In this document: positions 1 to 9,161 of the stretch, piece after piece | Layout: every line of letters starts with the position of its first letter | How positions within the stretch are numbered: the first letter of the stretch is position 1 | NCBI GenBank assembly: GCA_965240325.2 | Contig: OZ251226.1 | Span: 3,468,675-3,532,674 of the forward strand | Direction of reading: 5' to 3' | Length of the DNA: 64,000 bases | Source: Rebecca billardiae RCC1528 | Lineage: Eukaryota > Protista > Haptophyta | Made by a program: the position numbers and the translations under genes | Notes under the pieces: model-generated | The model's input: the letters and a program-made list of their open reading frames with translations, nothing else | Told to the model about the DNA's origin: nothing | Databases searched by the model: none

Positions 1-475
1 CACCGCAGTGGCCAAGAGCAACGTGTGCTAGATAATCGTCGGTCGGCTCCCCGGTGTCCTCGTCCCACACCGCCTCCTCGCCGCACGTGTGCAGCCCGCC
101 CTCCGCGTCCACAAACGCGCTGAAGCCAGCGCCGGCCACCACCGTGGATGCGTGCGCGCACACGAGTACGAGCACGCGCTCACGCGCAAAGAGCTCCTCC
201 GTCCAGCTGCACACGCCCGCTGGCAGCTCGGTGGGCAGCAGCGCGTGCGCGTGCCCGCGGGCACGAGCGCGCTCGCGCAGCGCGTGCTCGACAGGCGAGC
301 GGCCGCCGGGCGTGCCGCGAAAGACGCGCGAGGCGGCGTTGGCGGCAGCGAGGTCCGATGGCGACAGGCCAGCAGCGCAAAGGACGCGCTCGATCACCTC
401 CACGGGCAGGTCCGCGAGACGCGCCACCGCTGTCGCGGAGAGCGCAGCGCGCTGGTGTTGCGTCGCGGTGGCCAT
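1..475 (-). CDS. F-box + RCC1-repeat protein (5' part only; runs off the window start)
   Basis: Manual translation from ATG at 475 gives MATATQHQRAALSATAVARLADLPVEVIERVL..LSPSDL (F-box-like LxDLPxEVIxxVL), then VVAGAGFSAFVDAEGGLHTCG...LGH (RCC1-repeat-like). The frame is open to position 1, so it is missing from the ORF track. Confidence 0.7.
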   Translation of the reverse strand, partial: MATATQHQRAALSATAVARLADLPVEVIERVLCAAGLSPSDLAAANAASRVFRGTPGGRSPVEHALRERARARGHAHALLPTELPAGVCSWTEELFARERVLVLVCAHASTVVAGAGFSAFVDAEGGLHTCGEEAVWDEDTGEPTDDYLAHVALGHCG

Positions 476-650
476 GATGCGCATCGGCCATCCGCAAAAG
501 CGACCGATCCGGCTTTTGACAAACAGTCCGGTGAAGCACAGATCTGAGATCTGCGGCAGGCTGACTTCTTTGGGCTGGGCAGACGGCGGCGCTCGCCGCT
601 CGGCCGCGTTGCGGCCGGCGGCGACCGAGCGGTCATCACTCATCAACACC

Positions 651-3500
651 ATGGCCGCGGGGTTCGGTCTTCGTCGCGCGCTGTGCGCCCTCGCGACCGC
701 GTCGGTGGCGCGCGGCACCACGTCGGTCGGGCTGCTCAACCTGCGGCTCACCCCGCGCTGCGCCCTCGAGCCGCGCTACCTCCAGCGCGCCCTGGGCGCC
801 GTCCGCTCGCGGCTGTACGTGCGGCTGGTGGGCGAGTGGGAGGCGGCGGGCTGGGAGCTGTGCACGCACAGGCTGCGCGCCGTGTACGACGAGGCGGCGA
901 GGGCGGCGGCGCTGGGCGCGGCGCCGGGCTCGGCCCACGCCCCCGAGGTGCGCGTGCTCCTGCCCGGGCCGGCCTTTGACGGCGCGGGCGGCGCTGTGGA
1001 GCTCGAGGCCGTGCTGTGCTGCGAGGGTGCGGCCGACGAGCACGCGCGCGGCGCCGAGGCCGCGGTGGAGGCGCTCAACGACGCGCGCGCCGCGCTCGGG
1101 CTCGGCGCCGTGCGCCGCGTCGTGCTCCCCGCCGCCGAGGACAACGCCGACGCCGCCCTCCCCGCCGAGCCGGAGCCCGCCGCGCCCGCGCGCCCCGGCG
1201 CGCGGCTGCGCGTGCACGCGCACTCGACCGTGTGCGTGGGCGGCACCTGGGACCGGCTGCACAGCGGGCACCGGCTGCTGCTCTCCGCGGCGGCGCTCGC
1301 GGCGCGCGAGCACCTGATCGTGGGCGTGAGCGACGCCGCGCTGCTCCGCTCCAAGCTGCTGCCCGAGCTCATCCAGCCCCTCGGCGCGCGCTGCCTGGCG
1401 GTGGGTCAGTTTGTCCGCGCGCTCGCGCCCGCGCTGCGGCTGAGTGTGTGCGCGCTGCACGACGTCGCCGGGCCCGCGGCGGAGCTGGCGGAGATCGGCG
1501 CGCTCGTCGTGAGCGAGGAGACCGCCGAGGGCGCGCGCGCGGTCAACGCGCTCCGCGCCCAGCGCTCGCTGCCCCCGCTGCAGCTGCTGCACGTGCCGCT
1601 GGTGGCGCACACGCGGCCGCACGCGCACTTGCACAGGCCGCACCCGGCAGCGCCGAGCGCGCCGCGGCCGCAGCGCGCGCAGCGGAGGGGCGCGGCACTG
1701 CCGCCGAGCGAGAGCGCGCACCCGCCGGGCGCGGCGGCGGCGGCCGGCGTGGACGTGGGCGCCGCGGCCGCCGCCGCCGCCGCTGCGTCCGCCGAGCTCA
1801 AGCTGAGCTCCACCCACCTGCGGCGCGCGCAGCTCGCAGCGCTGCTGCCCGCCTCGCCGCTCGCAGCGGCCGCGCCCCGCTGCCCCGGGGAGGCGGCGCC
1901 CGACGCGGCGCCGGCGGCGGTGCCGGGGGCGGAGGCGGGTGCGCGCGGCGCGTGGGCGGAGGAGGAGGAGGCGTGGGCGGAGGAGGCGGAGTGGGGGCGC
2001 CGCTCCGCCCCGGGCACGCCGTACATCGTCGGCCTCACGGGCGGCATCGCCTCGGGCAAGTCGACCGCCGCGCGCGCGGCCGCGGCGCTCGGCGCGCGCA
2101 CGGTCGACTGCGACGCGCTCGGCCACCGCGCGTACGCGCGTGGCAGCGAGGGGCTGCGCGCCGTGGTCGCGCGGTTTGGCGAGGGCGTGCTCGGCGCGGA
2201 CGGCTCCATCGACCGCAGGGCCCTCGGCCAGATCGTCTTCTCCCAGCCCGGCGCGCGGCAGGCCCTCAACGCCATCATGTGGCCGCGCATCGCGCAGCTC
2301 GCGCGCGCGGAGGCGGCCGAGGGGGCGCCGCGCGCCGCGGCGCCGGGGGCGGCTGGGCCGGTGGTGCTGGTGGAGGCGGCGGTGCTGCTCGAGGCGGGCT
2401 GGGACGCGTGGGTCGACGAGGTCTGGGCCGTCGGCGCCTCCCGCCCGCTCGCGCTCGCGCGCATCCGCGAGCGCGACGGCCTCTCCGCCTCGGCGGCGGA
2501 GGCGCGCATCGACGCGCAGCTGGGCGCGGGGCAGCGCGCGGCGCGCAGCCACGTGCTGCTCAGCTCGGAGTGGGGCGCGGCCGAGCTGGCGGCGCAGGTG
2601 GCGCGCGCGCTGGACGGCGCGCGCGCGCGCGCGGCGCGCAGCGCGGCGCCGCCCGCCCCGGGCAGCGCGCGCCACGCGTGGCACGCGCTGTGCGCCCAGC
2701 TGCGCGCGCCGCCCGCCGCCGCGCGCGCGCACTGGCGCCTGCTGCACGACGCGCACGCGGCGCGCGGCGCGGCGCACGCGTGCGCGACGCACGCCGAGCT
2801 CACGCTCGCGCGGCTGCGGCCGCTGCTGGCGATGGCGCGCGCGGAGGGCGCGGCGCTCGGCCTCGGCGCCGCCGACCGCGCGTGCGTCGAGCTCGCCCTC
2901 CTCTTCGCGCACGCGCACGCGCGGCCGCGCGCGCTCGGCGGCAGCCGCGCGGGCTACGCCGCGGCCGCGGCCGCGCTCGCAGAGTTTGGCGCGGACGCCG
3001 GGCTGGCGGCGGCGCGGGGCGGCGCGGCGGCGCACGGCGCGGCGGTGGTGGCGGGCGCCGCGCGCGTGCTCGACGCGCTCGGCGCCGGCGGCGCGCCCGC
3101 CCGCGCCGCGCCGCCCGCCACCCCGCCCGCCGCCCCCTCGCCGCCCTCCTCCGCGGCGCTCTGCCTCGCGGCCGACCTCGAGCTCGCCCCGCTGGCGTGG
3201 GGCGGCGCGCGCTACTTCGGCCTCGCGGACGGGGCGGAGGTGGAGGCGTGTCTGCGCGAGGACGGGGCGGGCGAGGGGGGCGCGGGCGCGGGGGACGGCG
3301 CGGACGACGCCGCGTGCTGCGCCGGCGTGCACGCGCGCCGGCTGCAGGTCGTGAGCGCGCTGCTGCGCAGGCCGCGGCTGTACCGCTGCGACAGCCTGCA
3401 CGCGCGGCTGGACGCGCACGCGCGCACCAACCTGCGCGCCGAGCTGTACCGGCTGGCGGGGCTCGCCGAGCCGACGCCGCCTGGCGCGGAGGCGCGCTGA
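651..3500 (+). CDS. COASY: Bifunctional coenzyme A synthase (PPAT + dephospho-CoA kinase) with C-terminal HD-like extension
   Basis: ATG at 651. PPAT motifs GGTWDRLHSGH (HxGH), LVVSEET and KLSST; DPCK P-loop GLTGGIASGKS, IDRRALG and EAAVLLEAGW. The N-terminal segment resembles the animal COASY N-domain (GLLxL...LYVxL...VRVLL). Confidence 0.9.
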   Translation: MAAGFGLRRALCALATASVARGTTSVGLLNLRLTPRCALEPRYLQRALGAVRSRLYVRLVGEWEAAGWELCTHRLRAVYDEAARAAALGAAPGSAHAPEVRVLLPGPAFDGAGGAVELEAVLCCEGAADEHARGAEAAVEALNDARAALGLGAVRRVVLPAAEDNADAALPAEPEPAAPARPGARLRVHAHSTVCVGGTWDRLHSGHRLLLSAAALAAREHLIVGVSDAALLRSKLLPELIQPLGARCLAVGQFVRALAPALRLSVCALHDVAGPAAELAEIGALVVSEETAEGARAVNALRAQRSLPPLQLLHVPLVAHTRPHAHLHRPHPAAPSAPRPQRAQRRGAALPPSESAHPPGAAAAAGVDVGAAAAAAAAASAELKLSSTHLRRAQLAALLPASPLAAAAPRCPGEAAPDAAPAAVPGAEAGARGAWAEEEEAWAEEAEWGRRSAPGTPYIVGLTGGIASGKSTAARAAAALGARTVDCDALGHRAYARGSEGLRAVVARFGEGVLGADGSIDRRALGQIVFSQPGARQALNAIMWPRIAQLARAEAAEGAPRAAAPGAAGPVVLVEAAVLLEAGWDAWVDEVWAVGASRPLALARIRERDGLSASAAEARIDAQLGAGQRAARSHVLLSSEWGAAELAAQVARALDGARARAARSAAPPAPGSARHAWHALCAQLRAPPAAARAHWRLLHDAHAARGAAHACATHAELTLARLRPLLAMARAEGAALGLGAADRACVELALLFAHAHARPRALGGSRAGYAAAAAALAEFGADAGLAAARGGAAAHGAAVVAGAARVLDALGAGGAPARAAPPATPPAAPSPPSSAALCLAADLELAPLAWGGARYFGLADGAEVEACLREDGAGEGGAGAGDGADDAACCAGVHARRLQVVSALLRRPRLYRCDSLHARLDAHARTNLRAELYRLAGLAEPTPPGAEAR

Positions 3501-4022
3501 TCGCGGCGGTCGCAGCAGCCGCGTGACCAGATTCATTAAAAACACCGCTTCGTCAATGCTACTACGACACGCTCATCTAGTCGTCGTCATCATCCCCCGC
3601 ACTCTTCGTCTCCTCTGCGCAGTCTATACTCTGTCTAGTCAGCTGCTGCGCCGCTCACGCCGTAGTCGCTACGCGCTATCTATACTGCTGCGCGAAGTGA
3701 CTGCTTACTCATTACGATATTCTACGACTGACAGCGACTCGGCTGGCATCACTGCCCGTGCTACATTCCATTGCAGCTGCTACGCGTCATCATCAGCAAT
3801 ATATAATGACCGCGTTCCGCGGTCCTTTTCCGTAGAACGAACGTAGTTCGGGGCCCGCGGTGGCGGTGCACCCTCCGTCGCAGTCGTCCCGTACACGTGT
3901 AACTAGACTCCATCCAGCGGCGCGCCGCCCCAGCCGCCGCGCCGCCGCCGTCAGCGTGCGCCGAGTGTGGATGTCGGTCGTCGGCCGAGCTGCCCTCATC
4001 ACAGACGGCCCTTACCTGACCC

Positions 4023-4530
4023 CCTGCGCGTGCGCGACGGCCGACAGGCGGATGCGACTCGGCGTGATCGACGCACGAGCGCGACTGTTGCACGCCAGGC
4101 CACCGGCGGAGCTGACTGACAGCCAGGGAGCCGGACGGCGCGGGACCGCGCGGATTCGACCGTTCGTTCGGGCCTGCCGCTGACCGTCGTCGCCGCGACG
4201 CCAGCAGCGCAGGAGTAGATGATCTGCAGGTCAGTAGGGTTCGACCTGCGCGCCTGCGCGACGGCCGACAGGCGGGCGCGAGGCGTGAGCGACGCATGAG
4301 CGCGACTCTACGTGCACACCAGGCACCACGCGGCCGAGCTGACTGACCGCGAGCCAGGGAGCACGGTGCGAGCAGCCATGCAGCACCGGTGCTTGCGCGT
4401 GCCGCGCGTGCACGGGGTGACACACCTCGGTCAGGCTCGGCACGCGTCGCAGAGGCACGGCCAGCTCTGGGCACGCCAGGCGCCCAGGCCACGCGGAGCT
4501 GACAGCCACGGGGAGCCGACGGCGCGCGGC
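4023..4530. repeat. Degenerate direct repeat, 2-3 copies
   Basis: cctgcgcg..tgcgcgacggccgacaggcgg...gagcgcgact...gagctgactgac..agccaggga at about 4023-4140 recurs at about 4245-4368, and partially at about 4471-4530. Confidence 0.6.
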
Positions 4531-6083
4531 GGGGCCGCGGCCAGTTCCGAGTTCGACTTGCGCCTGCTCTGAAGAAGAGTTCTGGGAGACCCTGGCGGAG
4601 AGGCATGGCAAGGGGGGCGTGTGGTGAAGTCGGAGACTCAGAGATCGATCAGTCCGGCATCATGCGCCGCTGCCCCCGAGCTTGCGAGAGCCCGAACACA
4701 GGGCGGCGGCTGCGGCGGCGGCGGCGCGGCCGCGCGCCGGCCGGCCGCGCAGGCATCGACAGGGCGCGGCAGGGGCGTGCGGAGTGACTAGTGAGCGGGC
4801 ACGAACGCGATGTCGACGGCCGTCGGGACCCGCCGCAGACGCGCGCTCCAGGCGCCACTCGGCACTTGCCACGCGCACCTGCCCATCGAGCGCCCCCTTG
4901 GAGGCTTGGACCAAGAGTCGTCGCGGCTCGCTCGCCACCCCGAAGGAACCTGCGCGTCACGTGCTTGCGACGGCGGCAGGTTTTGAGCTCGCCAGCTCGG
5001 TAAGTCAGTGACTATGGAATGGGCTGGCAACGAATAGCTGCGCGGGTATTTTCAATAAGGCTTGCGGGTTTTAGACTCTAGATACCAACCGCCGCGAAGC
5101 CAAGTTCATATTCATCAAGTTGTCGATCAAGGCGGAGGCAAGCTATCACACATGAACGAGAGTCTACCCACAAAATCGCGCTCGTAACGAACCGTTACAC
5201 TAATGTCACGTCCAGCTGACGTCCAGATCGCACTTTACTTAAGGGAATCAGCTGGGCGCGGTTATTTTCGGCCTAATAGACCTCTCTATGCGATCTCAAA
5301 AACTCGAAACTCGGTCTCCGCCAGCCCTAAAAATCGCCCCCCGTCCCTTTTTTCTTGATCAAAGATCTTTTTGAAACGTGGTTCGGGCCCGCTGGACCGC
5401 TGGTGCGGGCTCCACGCTGCGCGCTCCGCCCTGCACCGCGGGCCATCAGACGACAATCATCGATCATCAGAGTGGCATATCACCGTCGGACATCAGTGAT
5501 TCAGTGATCCGCTGAGCTTCATCAGCCAGCGCTACTGATCGGATGAGCGCATCATCGTCTATCAGTCGTCGAACTACTGAGTATCGGCGGCGCAGCAGCA
5601 GACAGCAGCGCGCGCGCCCGGGCACTCCGCAGCTAACCGGTGGTTGGCATCTGTAATTACGATCTCCGGGATCTGATGCGCCGAGCCGAGTACCGCGAGT
5701 ACCCGCGTTCCGCCGTTATTCGGGCGTAGTTGCCTGATATAGTACGTATGTAGCTAGTCGTATCAGGCAATCAGCCCGACCCGATGCCGCGGGCCTCGGG
5801 ACTGACATTGATGACAGTCCGCGCGGGAAAGACCCGTCACATCACACAGGAGCGCTCTGCGCTGAATGCCGAGTACGCGCCGCGCGACGTACGGAATTGC
5901 GCCACTGCTTGCTTGATTCATCCTCACGACGTCCTGCCAGCGCCAGCAGCCGAGCATGGCGGTCGGGCCGGGCGGCGACGGTGCGCGCGCGCAGCTTCGC
6001 ACACTCGCGCCGCACGCGGCGGCCGCCTGCGCCGGCCCGGCGCGCCGCCGATGGCGACGACGGCAGCCGCCGCGCGCACTCAC

Positions 6084-7583
6084 TCACAAGTCGCGCGCGA
6101 GCTCGGCGCGCTTGGCAGCGCGCGCGGCGCTGATGGCCGCCAGCGTCTCGTTGAGCGCGCCGGGCGCGAGCACGAGGGGCGCGAGGTCGCGCGCGCGCAG
6201 CGGCGGAGCGGCGGCTGCCCTGGCGGCTGCCCTGCTGCCCGCGCCGGGCGGCGGCGGCGTGTCCCGCGCCACCCTCTCCGCCGCGCTGAGCGCGCCCGGC
6301 CCCCCCAGCTGCGCGAGGTCGTACGTGTCCCCCAGCGGCACCTTGCTCAGCCCCTGCTCGCCCAGCCACACGTGCGACCAGGTGTGCACGGCCAGGGCGG
6401 CGGGGCCGACCTCGTTGGAGAAGTTGGTGGCGAGGAGGTGCGCGCACACGCGCGCCTCGGCGCGCATCCCCGCCGCCTCCATCCGCCCCGCCTCCCCCGG
6501 CGCGCACAGCTGCTGCAGCCGCTCGCGCTGCATCTCGTCCCACAGCGGGTAGAAGGTGGCGGCCGGCTCCACGTGCAGACCGTGTACACCGTGTAGGCCC
6601 TGCAGCGGACCCTGCGGCGGCTGCGGGTCACACGGCGCGGAGGCGCACGGCGCGCCGGACCAGCCGGCCGCGTCGGCCGCGGGGGCGGCGCGGCGCGGCC
6701 CGCGCAGCCGCTCGAGCGCGCCCAGCCTCCGCTCGTAGTGCTGCGCCTCCTTCTCCAGCATGCGCGGCCCCGTGCTGCCGGGCGCGTCCTCCTCCGCCGC
6801 GTACGCGCCGATGCGCGCGAGCAGCTGCGCCCAGAACGGGTGGCGCGGGCGCGAGAGGAGGATGGCGTTGCACAGCTGGCGCCGCGCGTGCTCGAGCAGC
6901 ACGGTGTGCTCCGGCGGCTCCTGCCCGATCACCAGCCCGTGCCGCGCCGCCAGCGCGCCCAGCCCCCTGAGCGGCACGAAGTCGAGGTCCGCGTACACGC
7001 CGCCCAGCGCGTGCATGTACAGGTAGCGGCAGAAGTCCGCGCGCTGGATGGGCGAGTACGCGGCGTAGAGCTCGAGCAGCTGCGGGTACGCCGTCTCGAC
7101 GAGGCGGTCGTTCGCCGCGTCGCTCCAGAACACGAGCACCCACGGCTCGTCCGCGCCGCCCTCGCCGAGCGCGGCGGGCGCGTGCGTGCGCAGCCAGCCG
7201 AGCACGTTGGGCGCAAACGCGGCCGGCACGCGCGCGTCGATCCACGAGAGGTGGATGAGCCGCGGGATCGTGGCGGAGACGACGGCCTCGCGCGGCGGCT
7301 TGACCGGGCCGCGCCGCGCCGCCTCGAGCAGCTCGCGCTCGCGGAACGCGCTGGCCATCTCCCTGCGAGCGCGCTCGTCGTCCGCAAACGGGTCGGCGCC
7401 GAGCAGCGGAAGCATCTCGCCGTCGAGGCCGCCGCGGAGGGCGGCGTCGCGCTCGGGCGCGTGGAGCCAGGCGTACGCCAGCAGCTGCACGCCCACGAAG
7501 CCGAGCATCAGCGAGAGCGCCAGCTGCGTCAGCCTGAAGGCCCCGCAGCGCCGCGAGCCGCGCGGCGAGGAAAAGCCCGCCAT
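6084..7583 (-). CDS. Glycosyltransferase family 32 (DXD mannosyltransferase-like), type II membrane protein
   Basis: N-terminal transmembrane anchor; IPRLIHLSW; RADFCRYLYMHALGGVYADLD (DXD); NAILLS.P.HPFW; TGP. Confidence 0.9.
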   Translation of the reverse strand: MAGFSSPRGSRRCGAFRLTQLALSLMLGFVGVQLLAYAWLHAPERDAALRGGLDGEMLPLLGADPFADDERARREMASAFRERELLEAARRGPVKPPREAVVSATIPRLIHLSWIDARVPAAFAPNVLGWLRTHAPAALGEGGADEPWVLVFWSDAANDRLVETAYPQLLELYAAYSPIQRADFCRYLYMHALGGVYADLDFVPLRGLGALAARHGLVIGQEPPEHTVLLEHARRQLCNAILLSRPRHPFWAQLLARIGAYAAEEDAPGSTGPRMLEKEAQHYERRLGALERLRGPRRAAPAADAAGWSGAPCASAPCDPQPPQGPLQGLHGVHGLHVEPAATFYPLWDEMQRERLQQLCAPGEAGRMEAAGMRAEARVCAHLLATNFSNEVGPAALAVHTWSHVWLGEQGLSKVPLGDTYDLAQLGGPGALSAAERVARDTPPPPGAGSRAAARAAAAPPLRARDLAPLVLAPGALNETLAAISAARAAKRAELARDL

Positions 7584-7833
7584 GGGCCTGCCGCCGCCGG
7601 CGGCAATCGCCGGACTGGCGGACTCGCGCCTCTTCCGAGGCTTCCCGCCAGCGCGGGCCGTGTTCCGGACGACGACAGCGCAGTCCGATGTTCGAGAACG
7701 AGACAGTTTGAAGTTGGGCGGCGCATTTCGTCGCTTTCAATAATGGGCGGTGACGCGGCCGCGCGCGGTCCCGATCGAGAACCTGCCTGGCCGCCGCCGG
7801 TCCGCCACGTCCGCCATCCGCCCGCTGGCGCGC

Positions 7834-8523
7834 ATGACGCTTCGCACACCCGTCGCGGCGCTCTTCGCCCTCTCGGCGCTCGTGCCGCCCGCCGCGGCCT
7901 TCTCCCCGACACCCGCTCGCGCCGCGGTGCGGGCGCCCGCCCGGCCACTCGCCCGCGCGGCCGTGCAGCTCGACGCGCGGCGCCGCGCGCAGCTGCCGCC
8001 GGGCGCAAAGCACGCGCTCGCGGCCCTGGCCGCGTTCGCGCTGGCCGCGCACCCGGGCGACGCGGACGCAGCCACTCGCTCGGGCGGGCGCATCGGCGGG
8101 CGCACCTCCGTCTCTCGCTCGCGCCCCGCCCCCCAGATGCGCGCGCCTCGCTCGTCGGTCAACATCCACGTCGCGCCGCCCGCGGTGGTCGCGCCGCTCG
8201 GCGGGTACGGGTACGGGTACGGCGGGTACGGCGGGTTCTACCGCCCGGCGCCGTCGATCGGCTTCGGCTTTGGCGGCTACCCCGGCGGCGTGTACGGCTA
8301 CTCGCCCTACTCCTCGCCGCTCGGCGACGCGGTGGGGATCGCGGCCATGCTGGCGCGTGAGCTGGAGCGACAGGCGCTGCTCTCGCGCCAGCTCGAGCAG
8401 GCGCGGCAGATCGGCAGGGACCAGGCGCAGATCAGGGAGCTGCAGGCGGCGCTCGACGCGCAGAACACGAAGATCGAGCAGCTCAAGGCCGACGCGCCGC
8501 CGCAGCCGGCGCCAGCCCAATGA
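7834..8523 (+). CDS. Putative plastid-targeted protein with DUF1517/FLAP1-like N-terminal SGGRIGG motif and C-terminal coiled coil
   Basis: Signal peptide ending AAA-FSP (ASAFAP-like), transit-like stretch, second hydrophobic segment ending ADA, then RSGGRIGG, a G/Y-rich region and a heptad-rich tail. Confidence 0.65.
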   Translation: MTLRTPVAALFALSALVPPAAAFSPTPARAAVRAPARPLARAAVQLDARRRAQLPPGAKHALAALAAFALAAHPGDADAATRSGGRIGGRTSVSRSRPAPQMRAPRSSVNIHVAPPAVVAPLGGYGYGYGGYGGFYRPAPSIGFGFGGYPGGVYGYSPYSSPLGDAVGIAAMLARELERQALLSRQLEQARQIGRDQAQIRELQAALDAQNTKIEQLKADAPPQPAPAQ

Positions 8524-8859
8524 GCGCCCGGCGACGAGGACCAGCACGGGAGCACATCAGCGCACGCTGAGGCCGCGGCCGCATCTGAATGCTGCGTGCA
8601 CTGCCGCCGTGGCAGCAGCAGTCGCTGCCGCCTCTTTCGAGCCGTACCCGCCACCAAGCCACTGCGGCCCGCTACGCCGGATGGGAAGCCTCCCCCGCTC
8701 ATCGCGCACGTGATATATGACTCTCAGGACTCTGCGCACGCGCATCGTCCTGAGCCACTCGCCGTCGCGGCCAGCCGCCAGGCGCGGCGCCGCCGCAGAG
8801 CTGCGGCGTCGGCGGAGGTGGCGCCATCATGCCGTCATCGTCGGTGTCATAGATCGTAT

Positions 8860-9035
8860 AGTATATATATACATCGTCAGCGCATCTGCTGATGGCGCTT
8901 GCAACGGCGACGATGGTGATGCGGCAGCAGGCTTATAATATCATATTGACATATATATATATATATAATACACTTATACACATATATATATGAATAATAT
9001 GTAGTTACTGATGAAATTATATATATAATAATACT
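8860..9035. repeat. AT-rich/(TA)n tract between convergent genes
   Basis: Runs of tatatata in an otherwise very GC-rich window. Confidence 0.8.
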
Positions 9036-9161
9036 ACGACGCGTGCCAATAAGACAGGCTATACGCTGGCGCGATGATCAGAGGCGCGCCGGCGACCGAC
9101 AGTCATCGTGACGTCACTCGTCGTGGCTGATGCTGGGCAGCTAGCCGTTACGACCGCCGCA

